Shown here one piece after another: positions 20,464 through 29,948 of a stretch of DNA of 64,000 nt. Every line of letters begins with the position of its first letter. Position 1 is the stretch's first letter. A program made the position numbers and the translations under genes. The notes below the pieces were generated by a model, which saw only the letters and a program-made list of their open reading frames with translations, did not search any database and was not told the DNA's origin. The DNA is from Bacillota bacterium (GTDB lineage: Bacteria > Bacillota > Dethiobacteria > DTU022): positions 68,314 through 132,313 of the forward strand of contig JAWSUE010000010.1 of NCBI GenBank assembly GCA_033549065.1, written 5' to 3'.

Positions 20464-21234
20464 ATGGCAGATAACAATGAACGCTTATTACATGATGAAT
20501 TGATTCGAAAAGCGCTGCATATGGAATGTGATTGTGTTGACACTCCACCCGCTGATGTAATGTGGCAGCGGATTGAAAAATGCCTGGATAAACCCCGGCC
20601 AGCTCCGAAACAATTAGGTTTTAACTGGAGTAGATTGGCTGCGGTAGCAGCTGTTTTTCTGGTTGTTGTATTGGGTGGATTGGGTCTTTTCAGGTCACTT
20701 CAGACCGGAATTCCTGCTGCTGATAGCCTGATCCCTCCCGGTGAAATGGAAGAATCAGTTGCCCTTCATGAAGAGGATGATGGTGGAACGGTCGGTATAT
20801 TTGCTGAAGAATCAGCCCGAAATGGTGTTCAGGATTATTCTTTTTTAGGAGAGGAAGATAATCTGCCTCCTGACCGGCCGGTGGATTTACCGTTCGGACT
20901 CATTTTGGGTGATCAGATTATCCTTCGGAATGCCGGTGAACCTTTCTTTCAGGCTGCGCTTTACAGCAGTGAACAGTATGAAATATTATGGGCTGAGGAT
21001 GACACTGAGAATCTCGACCTGGTTGAATTTGTTAAACATTTAATCGGCCATACCGGAAGAATCACTGGGGGGAGCGAACTGATCACTGATGAAGTAAATG
21101 GAAAACTCTATTTTGAAAGCGGAGATTACAATGGAATTGCCTGGCAGGAAGGGAATGAGCATCAAGCGTTGCTTTCCTTAAACGGGTTCTTTGAAGTTGA
21201 CAAGTTTATCTTTCTGGCCGAAGCTGTCAAGTAA
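20464..21234 (+). CDS. Putative anti-sigma factor (single-pass membrane protein)
   Basis: Immediately downstream of the ECF sigma gene. Cys-containing N-terminal cytoplasmic segment, one TM helix (AAVAAVFLVVVLGGLGLF), extracytoplasmic domain. ATG 20464 is preferred because 20443 lies inside the SD-like GAAGGAGGTG. Confidence 0.5.
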   Translation: MADNNERLLHDELIRKALHMECDCVDTPPADVMWQRIEKCLDKPRPAPKQLGFNWSRLAAVAAVFLVVVLGGLGLFRSLQTGIPAADSLIPPGEMEESVALHEEDDGGTVGIFAEESARNGVQDYSFLGEEDNLPPDRPVDLPFGLILGDQIILRNAGEPFFQAALYSSEQYEILWAEDDTENLDLVEFVKHLIGHTGRITGGSELITDEVNGKLYFESGDYNGIAWQEGNEHQALLSLNGFFEVDKFIFLAEAVK

Positions 21235-21376
21235 TAAGAACCAACAGTAGTTGATATTCTAAAAACAAATGGACAAAAGGGTTTTTAGTATGGATAGTCT
21301 AATTATATACTGAAGCCCTTTTTTGATTGGAGACGAAGGGCCGGATCATATTAAACTGATAAAAAGGAGAGTCATT

Positions 21377-21949
21377 ATGAGCTTAAAAGGAAGCAGAACA
21401 GAAAAAAACATCTTAACGGCTTTTGCCGGAGAATCTCAGGCCCGAAATCGGTATACCTATTTTGCCAGCCAGGCCAAGAAGGATGGGTATGTTCAGATTC
21501 AAGCAATTTTTGAAGAAACGGCTAACCAGGAAAAAGAACATGCCAAGCGGCTTTTTAAACTTTTAGAAGGCGGTGAGGTTGAAATTCAGGCTGCCTTTCC
21601 GGCCGGAGTGATCGGAAGCACCGCTGAAAACCTGAAAGAGGCTGCCGGTGGTGAGAACTATGAATGGACCGATATGTATCCTGGTTTCGCTAAAATAGCA
21701 CGTGAAGAGGGTTTTGACAATATTGCCGATATCTTTGAATCGATTGCTGTTGCCGAGAAACAGCATGAAAAACGCTACCTCGGGTTATTGGCCAATATTA
21801 AGAATGGCACTGTATTTAAAAAGGATGGAACAGTTAGATGGTTTTGCCGCAACTGTGGATATATTCATGAAGGCAGCGAAGCGCCAGATCTTTGTCCTTC
21901 CTGTGATCATCCCCGTGATCACTTCGAAGTGATATGCGAAAACTGGTAG
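21377..21949 (+). CDS. rbr: Rubrerythrin
   Basis: Ferritin-like di-iron domain plus C-terminal rubredoxin-like CxxC...CxxC segment (CRNCGY...CPSCDHP). AAGGAGAG site. Confidence 0.85.
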   Translation: MSLKGSRTEKNILTAFAGESQARNRYTYFASQAKKDGYVQIQAIFEETANQEKEHAKRLFKLLEGGEVEIQAAFPAGVIGSTAENLKEAAGGENYEWTDMYPGFAKIAREEGFDNIADIFESIAVAEKQHEKRYLGLLANIKNGTVFKKDGTVRWFCRNCGYIHEGSEAPDLCPSCDHPRDHFEVICENW

Positions 21950-21958
21950 ATCATAAGG

Positions 21959-21995
21959 CGGGTGCAGGTATGTATAACCTACACCCACTTTCTAT
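21959..21995 (+). terminator. Probable rho-independent terminator
   Basis: GGGTGCAGGT-atgtata-ACCTACACCC followed by a T-rich tail. Confidence 0.4.
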
Positions 21996-22148
21996 ATTTA
22001 GCATATTATTAATTGCACCTTAATTTTTATTAAGAGTTGTTTTTCTTTTTATAATTAAGCATGCGCAGAGCTATTTTCCCCTGCCCTGATCAGTAAAAAT
22101 ATCAAAGAATAGCGCTTCAAATAGCGCGGTGGAAGTATTTCAGATAGT

Positions 22149-22177
22149 TTGACAGTATGTTCTATTAACAGTATAAT
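22149..22177 (+). promoter_or_regulatory. Consensus sigma-A promoter upstream of the GntR regulator gene
   Basis: TTGACA (22149-22154), 17-nt spacer, TATAAT (22172-22177). Confidence 0.5.
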
Positions 22178-22180
22178 ATG

Positions 22181-22201
22181 CTTGTCTGACAGGAAGACAA
22201 G
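22181..22201 (+). promoter_or_regulatory. Palindromic operator candidate (GntR-type box)
   Basis: CTTGTCTGACAGGAAGACAAG contains TGTCTGACA (TGTC-n-GACA) and the outer inverted repeat CTTGTCT/AGACAAG. Lies just downstream of the -10 element. Confidence 0.4.
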
Positions 22202-22218
22202 CGGAAAGGTAGTGAACG

Positions 22219-22983
22219 ATGAGAGAGGATGTTTTCAGTACGATTCAACCGGTTGAAAAGAAGGCTTTATCTTTCAGAATTATTGAACAGATCAAAGGGA
22301 AGATTATGCGCGGCGAGCTAAAGGCAAACCAGCAGCTGCCCACAGAGAAAGAACTGACCGAAATTTTTCAGGTAGGCAGAAGCACGGTAAGGGAAGCCTT
22401 AACCGCCCTTGTATCAATGGGTCTGATCAGCAGGGAGAAAGAAGGTCTGTTTGTAGTTGAGAATGCCATTAATGCCTTTAAAAATCAGGTGAATCCGCTT
22501 CAGCTTTCCAAAGTTGTTACCTTCAGCGAAGTTTTTGAACTGAGAAAACTCCTGGAATCTTCACTTGTTCCGCTGGTGGTACTCCGGGCCACGGACGAAG
22601 ATATCGAAGATATTGAAAACTGTCTGCAGGATCATGAAGATTTAGGTTTGAATCATATAAGTCTTGATGTGGAAACACTTGAGAAATTTTTCTCACTTGA
22701 TATCTGTTTCCACACCTTATTCGCCCGGGCTTCACATAATTCTGTAGCTCACGATCTATTTAATAACATAAAGGATATGCTCTTCTATACCCATGAAATG
22801 TATTCACTGTTTTGGGATATCGAAGACGAAGAAATCAGAAATACATTGTGTAATGCAGTCAAAGAACACCGGGCTCTGCTCAATGCTCTCAAAGATCGGG
22901 ATGCCCTTTTAATGGAAGATTTAATCAACCAGCACCTCGATAATGTATTCAAGACTTTGAAAAGTTCTATTGACAGTAAGTAA
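22219..22983 (+). CDS. GntR-family transcriptional regulator (FadR/FCD subfamily)
   Basis: N-terminal winged HTH (TEKELTEIFQVGRSTVREAL) and C-terminal all-helical FCD-like domain. 254 aa. Confidence 0.8.
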   Translation: MREDVFSTIQPVEKKALSFRIIEQIKGKIMRGELKANQQLPTEKELTEIFQVGRSTVREALTALVSMGLISREKEGLFVVENAINAFKNQVNPLQLSKVVTFSEVFELRKLLESSLVPLVVLRATDEDIEDIENCLQDHEDLGLNHISLDVETLEKFFSLDICFHTLFARASHNSVAHDLFNNIKDMLFYTHEMYSLFWDIEDEEIRNTLCNAVKEHRALLNALKDRDALLMEDLINQHLDNVFKTLKSSIDSK

Positions 22984-23072
22984 TATTTTCACTGTGAATG
23001 GCAAAAGTTTGATCCCTTTTTATGGTAAACAGCCAGGATGCGATGAACTATAATTAAAAAGGCTGTGATCGG

Positions 23073-23996
23073 TTGCATAAGTTCCGCAAGCGTAGGTGTG
23101 AGCTGGCGACGCCGGCAGTAAACCTCAAAATGATCGAGAAAGCTTTGGGGCTTAGTGTTGATCAGGTATTTCTTGATCTTGAAGACAGCATTCCGGCTGA
23201 GCGTAAAGGGGAAGCCAGGGATAATGCGATATCTGCCCTTAACGAATTGGACTGGGGTGATATTACCCGGTCAATCAGGATCAATGATGCCTCTTCGATT
23301 TGGTGTTATAGGGATGTTGTGGAGATAGTCAGCAAAGCCGGAGCAAATCTGGATGTTATAATATTGCCGAAAGTTAAAGGCCCTGGCGATCTTCATTTTC
23401 TCGATCGCTTACTGACCCAGTTGGAAAAAGAATTTAGCCTTCCTGGCAGCATAGGAATCGAATGTCTGATTGAAAGTCCTGAAGCTGTGGAGTATATCCG
23501 GGAAATTGCATTTTCCACCCCCCGCCTGGAAGCGCTGATATTTGGCGCTGCTGATTTTGCCGCATCAATGGGCATCCCAATCATGAATTTAACTGAACTA
23601 TATGAACATAAAGATAAACCTGCAATACATCCCTGGTCTTATATTTTAAACCGGATTGCTGTAGCAGGCAGGGCAGCCGGATTACAGCTTATCGGCGGCT
23701 CTTTTCCCGGATTCAGGGAAGAAGTTCTTGAGAATTACAGGTATGAGGCGGAGCAGGAAGAAACTTTCGGTTTTGATGGGAAATGGGCCATTCATCCCAA
23801 CCAGGTTCAAATTGCCATGAATGTTTTTACCCCATCAGAGCAGGTAGTTGATAAAGCTCGAAAGCTGATTACCGCTCATAAAGAAGCGCTTTCACGGGGC
23901 AGCGGAGCGTTTGTCCATGATGGTGAGATGTCCGATGCGGCCACGGTGGAAGTTGCTGAAAGAATTCTTGCCCGCTCCGGCGGGTTGAGATTTTAG
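23073..23996 (+). CDS. HpcH/HpaI aldolase or citrate lyase beta (CitE)-like lyase
   Basis: FLDLEDS and AADF motifs of the CitE/malyl-CoA lyase-like fold. TTG start is uncertain. Confidence 0.6.
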   Translation: MHKFRKRRCELATPAVNLKMIEKALGLSVDQVFLDLEDSIPAERKGEARDNAISALNELDWGDITRSIRINDASSIWCYRDVVEIVSKAGANLDVIILPKVKGPGDLHFLDRLLTQLEKEFSLPGSIGIECLIESPEAVEYIREIAFSTPRLEALIFGAADFAASMGIPIMNLTELYEHKDKPAIHPWSYILNRIAVAGRAAGLQLIGGSFPGFREEVLENYRYEAEQEETFGFDGKWAIHPNQVQIAMNVFTPSEQVVDKARKLITAHKEALSRGSGAFVHDGEMSDAATVEVAERILARSGGLRF

Positions 23997-24095
23997 TGAA
24001 GATGAAATAACCTATGAGAGGAGTTGATAAAATACACCAGATTGATTTACGGCTTTATGAGAGGGTTATCAACATATCTTAAGGAGGTAATGCAC

Positions 24096-25148
24096 GTGAA
24101 GAAAAGTTTATTTTTGGTTTTAGCTTTTTTTGTCGTTCTTCTGCTGATTGCAGGGTGTGGTCAACCGGCTCCGGCTCCCACTCCGGAAGAAACAGAAGAA
24201 CCGGAAGAAGAAGTGGTTGAGGAGATCCAGGAAATGTCGATTTCTATCGGTTCAGCATTTCCGGAAGGCAGTGAAGTGTTTAACTCGGCAGTATTGTTTA
24301 AAGAACTGCTGGAAGAACGCAGTGAGGGTAAAATCTCCGTAAGCCTGCTGTTGGCCGGAGCTGCTGGTAATGAAGAAGCGGTAGCTGAAGCTGTATCGAT
24401 CGGTGAACTGGAAGGCCAGTGCGCCGGTGTAACATTCCTGAATATGTTTGCTCCCGAGTATTTCTTCATGGAAGTTCCCTTTGCTGCAGTTGATTTCGAG
24501 CACTGGAAAAATGTCTGGGAGAGTCAGTACGGTGAGGATCTCCGGACATCAATGAGGGAAAGAGGAAATACCGAAATAGTTCAGTATATCTTCCGCGGAC
24601 AGCGTTTCCTTTTTGCCAAGAAACCTGTTACTGCACCGGAGGATATGGCTGGCGTTAAGATCCGTATGCCATCTATCCGCGGCTGGATCTATGTTTGGGA
24701 ACAGGGTATCGGGGCAGCCCCGATAGGTGTACCGATGACCGAGATTTACACCGCTCTTGCGACCGGTGTCGTTGACTCGGCCGACGGCGACCTTTCTGCA
24801 GCTCTCGGTTACCGATATGATGAAGTTCTCGATTACTGCATGCTGAGTCGCCATCAGGTAATGATGGGCTACTGGGCCTTTAATGTTGACTGGTTGAACA
24901 GTTTAAATGGCCCGACTCATGATATGATCGTTCAGGCTGCAATCGATGCCGGCGCAGAGATTACTGCCGACTCCTTAAGCCGTGAACCTGATTATCTTGC
25001 AGAGCTGGAAGAACGCGGTGTAACCCTGGTCGAATGGACTCCGGAACAGCGCCAGGTATTCCAGGATGCAGCTGAAGAAGCCCTCATTCAGCTTTATGAA
25101 GAAGACTATATCCTGACTCGTGAAGAGGTTCTTCAGTTTGCAAATTAA
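24096..25148 (+). CDS. TRAP transporter substrate-binding protein (DctP family), lipoprotein
   Basis: GTG start 8 nt after AAGGAGG. Lipobox LIAGC. DctP-type periplasmic-binding fold. Confidence 0.8.
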   Translation: MKKSLFLVLAFFVVLLLIAGCGQPAPAPTPEETEEPEEEVVEEIQEMSISIGSAFPEGSEVFNSAVLFKELLEERSEGKISVSLLLAGAAGNEEAVAEAVSIGELEGQCAGVTFLNMFAPEYFFMEVPFAAVDFEHWKNVWESQYGEDLRTSMRERGNTEIVQYIFRGQRFLFAKKPVTAPEDMAGVKIRMPSIRGWIYVWEQGIGAAPIGVPMTEIYTALATGVVDSADGDLSAALGYRYDEVLDYCMLSRHQVMMGYWAFNVDWLNSLNGPTHDMIVQAAIDAGAEITADSLSREPDYLAELEERGVTLVEWTPEQRQVFQDAAEEALIQLYEEDYILTREEVLQFAN

Positions 25149-25204
25149 TCGAAACTGTTATTCACTGTAGGTCGATGATTGTTTAGTGGATTCTGAAGGA
25201 TGAT

Positions 25205-25238
25205 AATGCGGGCCGGTGCCCCCAGGGATGGCCCGCAT
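25205..25238 (+). terminator. Hairpin/attenuator between the TRAP binding-protein gene and the permease genes
   Basis: AATGCGGGCC-14 nt-GGCCCGCATT with a weak U-tract. Confidence 0.4.
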
Positions 25239-25329
25239 TATTAATCAATTTAAAGAGAGATTTCAGATAAAAGTTTTGATTTACTGAAGTTGAACATTAT
25301 AATTCCCTGCAAAGGAGGGACATGTTACT

Positions 25330-25923
25330 TTGAGCGAAGAGTCGAAAACTATTATTCTCACCGAAGCAGAAATCAAGAAGGAACTCGGTATGGTTCGGGA
25401 GCTTAAAAATACGCTGTTTGACCGGTTTTTCCTTAATTTTATGTCGATAATCTTCCTGATTATGATTGCCCTGGTAATGTCACAGGTGGTAGTCCGTTAC
25501 CTGACTGCCCCCCTGGGTATTACCATGCACTGGTCGGAGGAAGTAGCCCGCTATATCATGATTGTTGTTGCTTTTATGGGCTCGGCGGTTGCCTGGAGGA
25601 AACGAGAAAATATTTCAATCAGCATGCTGATCGATATGCTGCCTCCCAGGATCAAGGTTCCCCTGGATCTTTTTAAAGATATAACTATTTTGGCTTTCTC
25701 CCTGTTTTGTGCTTACGGAGCTTACAGCATGTCTGTTAAGATGCAGTATTCTCCGCTTGGAGCTTTAAAAATAGGAAAGCTTGGGGATATTTATTTAGTC
25801 CTCTGCTTCGTCTTTTTATTGGTTGCTGTATACCTCGTTCGCTGGATCATCAGGGGTATTATTGAAACCAAAGAACTTTTCTTTTCGAAACAGGGAACCG
25901 AGAAAGAAGGTGTTAATACTTGA
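25330..25923 (+). CDS. TRAP transporter small permease (DctQ family)
   Basis: 197 aa, 4 TM helices. TTG start after AAAGGAGGGA. Confidence 0.75.
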   Translation: MSEESKTIILTEAEIKKELGMVRELKNTLFDRFFLNFMSIIFLIMIALVMSQVVVRYLTAPLGITMHWSEEVARYIMIVVAFMGSAVAWRKRENISISMLIDMLPPRIKVPLDLFKDITILAFSLFCAYGAYSMSVKMQYSPLGALKIGKLGDIYLVLCFVFLLVAVYLVRWIIRGIIETKELFFSKQGTEKEGVNT

Positions 25924-27221
25924 GCGAGTGGACATTACTGGCGATGTTTGTAGGTATATTAATGTTTTTCCTTTTTACCGGTTATCCTGTCGCCTACGGC
26001 ATTGGCCTTACTGCAGTAGTATTAATGATTTTCGGAGTTGGGCGCAGTCTCAATGCTGAAATTTTTGTATCACGGATGTTTTTTGGCTTGAATAACTTTA
26101 CGCTCCTGGCCATTCCTTTCTTTTTATTTGCTGGCCGGATTATGAATGTGGGTGGAATGACCACCAGGATTTTTGATTTCTCGAAAGCACTAGTCGGCAG
26201 CATGAAGGGTGGCCTTGGCCACGTAAATGTGGTGGCCAGTATGATTTTTGCCGGAATGAGCGGCCTGGCCACAGCTGATGCAGCCGGACTTGGGGCTATC
26301 GAATATAAGGCAATGAAAGACGGCGGTTATCCGGAAGGATGCTGTGTCGGATTGGCTGCAGCTTCATCGACCATTGGGGCAATATTCCCACCAAGTGTTC
26401 CGATTGTTATGTTTGCGATTATTGCTCACCTGTCGGTAGGGCAGCTCTTAATTGGCGGGATAGTTCCCGGATTACTCATCGGAGCCGTCCTTATGGCCAT
26501 GGTATTTGTCCAGTCTCACCTCGGACATCTGCCCCAGGGCATTCACTTCAGTTGGCCGGAGCTCTGGAAAACTTTCAAAAGAGGAATCCTCGCTCTGGGC
26601 ACGCCGATTATCCTGGTCTCCGGGATCATGCTCGGGATTTTTACCCCAACTGAAGCGGCAGCGGTAACTGTTATCTATGCCCTGTTATTGGCAATATTTA
26701 TTTACCGGGAGGTAAATATAAAAGATTTATGGGAAGTTATCAAGGGGACGGCGATAGACTCTACGGTAATTATTGCTTTGATTGGCATGGCCAGTATCTA
26801 TGGTTTCCTGATCGTTCAGAGCCAGGTACCCCAGATCTTTGCGTCAAAAGTTTTAACATTAACTGAGAATCCTTATATGATCTTACTTTTAGTTAACCTT
26901 CTGTTGCTGACGGTCGGTATGTTTATGGAGACTATGGCAATTCTGGGTATCCTGACTCCCATCCTGCTTCCTTTGGTCAGGGAAGTCGGAGTTGATCCCA
27001 TTCACTTCGGGATAATCATGAACTTTAATCTGCAGATCGGCCTGATGACTCCACCCTTTGGAATGCTGCTCTTTGTCTTGAACAAGGCTACGGGTGTACC
27101 ACTGGGCAAGGTAATTCGCGGGGTTCTCCTCTATTACGTCCCGCTGATCATATGTTTGATCCTGATTACATATTTCCCCATATTCACTCTTTGGTTACCC
27201 AATCTTGTGTTTGGCGGATAA
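25920..27221 (+). CDS. TRAP transporter large permease (DctM family)
   Basis: 433 aa, about 12 TM helices. Start overlaps the dctQ stop (TTGA). Confidence 0.85.
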   Translation: MSEWTLLAMFVGILMFFLFTGYPVAYGIGLTAVVLMIFGVGRSLNAEIFVSRMFFGLNNFTLLAIPFFLFAGRIMNVGGMTTRIFDFSKALVGSMKGGLGHVNVVASMIFAGMSGLATADAAGLGAIEYKAMKDGGYPEGCCVGLAAASSTIGAIFPPSVPIVMFAIIAHLSVGQLLIGGIVPGLLIGAVLMAMVFVQSHLGHLPQGIHFSWPELWKTFKRGILALGTPIILVSGIMLGIFTPTEAAAVTVIYALLLAIFIYREVNIKDLWEVIKGTAIDSTVIIALIGMASIYGFLIVQSQVPQIFASKVLTLTENPYMILLLVNLLLLTVGMFMETMAILGILTPILLPLVREVGVDPIHFGIIMNFNLQIGLMTPPFGMLLFVLNKATGVPLGKVIRGVLLYYVPLIICLILITYFPIFTLWLPNLVFGG

Positions 27222-27305
27222 ACAACCTGTGGGAGGTTGATCAATGAGGATAAAATTCGATTTAAAGGACCGACATATTTCTTTTCTGAAAGGAGAGAGG
27301 AGCGC

Positions 27306-28166
27306 TTGGCTATAAACCAAATTATTAAACCTGATGATCTTGAAAGCGCTTTATCTGCTTTGGCCGCAAACGCGGAAAAAGCCAGTGTGATTGCCGGAGG
27401 CACAGATTTACTGCCGGCGATGGCCAAAAATTTAATGTCGCCTACCGTCTTGGTAGATATCGGCAGTTTAGAGGACTTGAAGGTTCTGAAGGAAGAGGGC
27501 GACGATATCATCATCGGCGCTGCCCTTACCCATAACGAGATACTCGAATCATTTGTCGGAGAGCAGCTGCCGGCTTTCGGGGAATCAATGTCCAGTATTG
27601 CCTGTAACCAGACCCGTAATATGGGAACTATCGGAGGTAATGTGGCCATGGCTGTTCCTTCAGCCGATACCGCCCCCGCACTGCTGGTTTACGATGCCCA
27701 GGTAGTTCTGGCCAGCCAGAAAAAGGGTAAACGGCAGGTTCCGCTCGATCAGTTTTTTACCGGACCGAGAAGAACTGTGATGGAGCCGGGTGAAATAATC
27801 GTCAGCTTTATCCTGCCCGGAGCAAAAAAGAGACGTTCTGCATTTATCAAGCACGGTCGTAGAAAAGCTTTATCGCTTGCCGTTGTAAACGTTGCAGCAA
27901 GTATGCGGCTTGAAAACAATCTATGCAGGGAAGTCCGGATTGCCATGGGTGCAGTTGCTCCCACGCCGGTGAGAGCCTACGAAGCCGAGAAAATGCTAGA
28001 AGGTAAAGAACCTTCGGAAAGCAATATAAGGCAGGCAGCAGAACTTGCCGCCTTGCAGGAATGCAGTCCCATTGATGATTTCAGAGCCAGTTGTGCTTAC
28101 CGCCAGGAGCTTGTCAAGGTTTACGTCCGGCGGGTCCTGGAATCGATAACCGGTTCAGGCAATTAG
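27306..28166 (+). CDS. Molybdenum hydroxylase FAD-binding subunit (CoxM/XdhB/NdhF-like)
   Basis: AGGTDLL FAD-binding motif and CO dehydrogenase flavoprotein-type C-terminal domain. TTG 27306 after AGGAGAGAGGAG. Confidence 0.8.
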   Translation: MAINQIIKPDDLESALSALAANAEKASVIAGGTDLLPAMAKNLMSPTVLVDIGSLEDLKVLKEEGDDIIIGAALTHNEILESFVGEQLPAFGESMSSIACNQTRNMGTIGGNVAMAVPSADTAPALLVYDAQVVLASQKKGKRQVPLDQFFTGPRRTVMEPGEIIVSFILPGAKKRRSAFIKHGRRKALSLAVVNVAASMRLENNLCREVRIAMGAVAPTPVRAYEAEKMLEGKEPSESNIRQAAELAALQECSPIDDFRASCAYRQELVKVYVRRVLESITGSGN

Positions 28167-28186
28167 CCTGATCCCTGGAAAGGATG

Positions 28187-28675
28187 ATGAACACCATGAT
28201 TTATGAAGTCAATCTGAAAGTAAATGGACAGGACTACAAGGTTGAAGTTCCTGCAGATGAAAAACTGGTTGATACTTTGCGAGACAGGCTGGAACTGACC
28301 GGTACCAAAAAAGGCTGCGGGGTTGGTGAGTGCGGGACCTGTACTATTTTGCTGGATGGTAAACCGGTGAGCTCCTGTCTTTATTTAACGGTAAGAGCTG
28401 AAGGCAAAGAGATTATGACTATTGAAGGCTTAGGAGATCCGGACAATCTACATCCGCTGCAGGAAAATTTTAAAGATCTTCAGGCCCTGCAGTGTGGATT
28501 TTGCGGTCCCGGGATATTCATGTCTGCCAAGGCTTTACTTGACAAGAATTCAGATCCCAGTGATTTAGAAATTAAAGAGGCGTTGGCCGGCAACCTTTGC
28601 CGCTGTACAGGTCATGTAAAGATTATTGATGCCATAAAAGCCACCGCGGCTGAAATGCAAGGGAGGGTTAAATAA
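28187..28675 (+). CDS. Molybdenum hydroxylase (2Fe-2S)-binding small subunit (CoxS-like)
   Basis: Plant-type ferredoxin motif GCGVGECGTC plus a second CGFCGPG...CRCTGH cluster. Confidence 0.85.
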   Translation: MNTMIYEVNLKVNGQDYKVEVPADEKLVDTLRDRLELTGTKKGCGVGECGTCTILLDGKPVSSCLYLTVRAEGKEIMTIEGLGDPDNLHPLQENFKDLQALQCGFCGPGIFMSAKALLDKNSDPSDLEIKEALAGNLCRCTGHVKIIDAIKATAAEMQGRVK

Positions 28676-28676
28676 G

Positions 28677-29948
28677 ATGGATCCCAAAGCATTCAAAACT
28701 ATCAATAAATCTATCCCCCGGCTTGATGTCCTTGATCAGTTGACCGGCAGGATGGTTTATGGTGTTGACATGAAGATGCCGGGTATGCTTTACGGTAAGA
28801 TTATGAGAAGCCCTCACGCTCATGCAAAAATAGTTGAAATCGACACCTCAGCAGCTGAAAAGCTTCCCGGGGTTCATTCCATTTGCAAGGCTGAAGATTT
28901 TCCTTATAACGCCTTTGGCTTTTCTCACATGGATCAGCCGCTGCTGGCAGAAGGCAAGGTCCGCTATGTCGGAGAGCCGGTCGTTGCTGTAGCTGCCGAT
29001 ACGGAAGAGATTGCCGATGAAGCTTTGAACCTGATCAAGGTAACCTATGAACAGCTTCCGGTTATTATAGACCCCATTGAAGCGCTTAAGCCCGATGCCT
29101 GTCCGATTCATGAAAAGGGTAACCTGGTTACCCATATCAAGTTTATCAAGGGCGATATCGATAAGGGATTTGCCGAATCCGATGAAATTATTGAAGAACA
29201 TTTCAAAACACCCAGCGTGGAACACGTCCACCTGGAGCCTCATGTCGCAATAGCCCAATATTCTACTGAAGGAGAATATACGGTTTGGACATCAGCCCAG
29301 CGACCCTTTACTTCTGCTGAGGGAGTAGCCAAGATTCTGAAAGTCCCTCAAAGTAAAATTCGCATAGTAGCAACCAAGATTGGCGGCGGTTTTGGTGGTA
29401 AGAATGAGATTACCATGGAACCGGTTGCCATGGTTCTGGCCAGGAAGGCAAAAAGGCCGGTTAAAATCGAGTACTCCCGTGAAGATGAATTCCTCGGTTC
29501 TACCAACAGGCATGCCTATCACCTGACCTATAAAACAGGTTTCAAGCGGGATGGGACTTTCATGGCCCGTCACATCGATATTATCAGTGATTCCGGAGCT
29601 TATGTGGGTTGGGGTCAGTGGACACTACAGAAAGCAGGCGTTTTTGCCACCGGACCTTACAACATTCCTCATGTCAGAATTGATGGGCGACTGGTCTATA
29701 CCAACAAAACTATGGGCGGAGCAATGCGCGGGTTCGGAACGCCCCAGGTTGGATTTGCCTATGAAGCGCATATGGATACTATTGCGAAAAAACTTAACAT
29801 GGATCCGGCAGATCTTCGCTTTAAAAATATATTCCATGATGGCAGTATTACCAGCTCCGGCCAGGTACTTAATAACGTCAACCTCGAGAAGACTCTGCGC
29901 AAGGTCGTGGAGGAATCAGGCTGGTACGAGAGGAGAAATAGAAAATGA
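28677..29948 (+). CDS. Molybdopterin-binding subunit, N-terminal part (NdhL-like)
   Basis: a/b-hammerhead and first MoCo-binding domains of xanthine dehydrogenase-family large subunits. 423 aa. Confidence 0.8.
   Translation: MDPKAFKTINKSIPRLDVLDQLTGRMVYGVDMKMPGMLYGKIMRSPHAHAKIVEIDTSAAEKLPGVHSICKAEDFPYNAFGFSHMDQPLLAEGKVRYVGEPVVAVAADTEEIADEALNLIKVTYEQLPVIIDPIEALKPDACPIHEKGNLVTHIKFIKGDIDKGFAESDEIIEEHFKTPSVEHVHLEPHVAIAQYSTEGEYTVWTSAQRPFTSAEGVAKILKVPQSKIRIVATKIGGGFGGKNEITMEPVAMVLARKAKRPVKIEYSREDEFLGSTNRHAYHLTYKTGFKRDGTFMARHIDIISDSGAYVGWGQWTLQKAGVFATGPYNIPHVRIDGRLVYTNKTMGGAMRGFGTPQVGFAYEAHMDTIAKKLNMDPADLRFKNIFHDGSITSSGQVLNNVNLEKTLRKVVEESGWYERRNRK

Noticed and set aside
29945-29948. Frameshift pseudogene interpretation of the split Mo-binding subunit
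   Set aside because: The ATGA overlap and the strong SD upstream of the second ATG indicate a genuine two-gene arrangement. It is reported as a finding instead.
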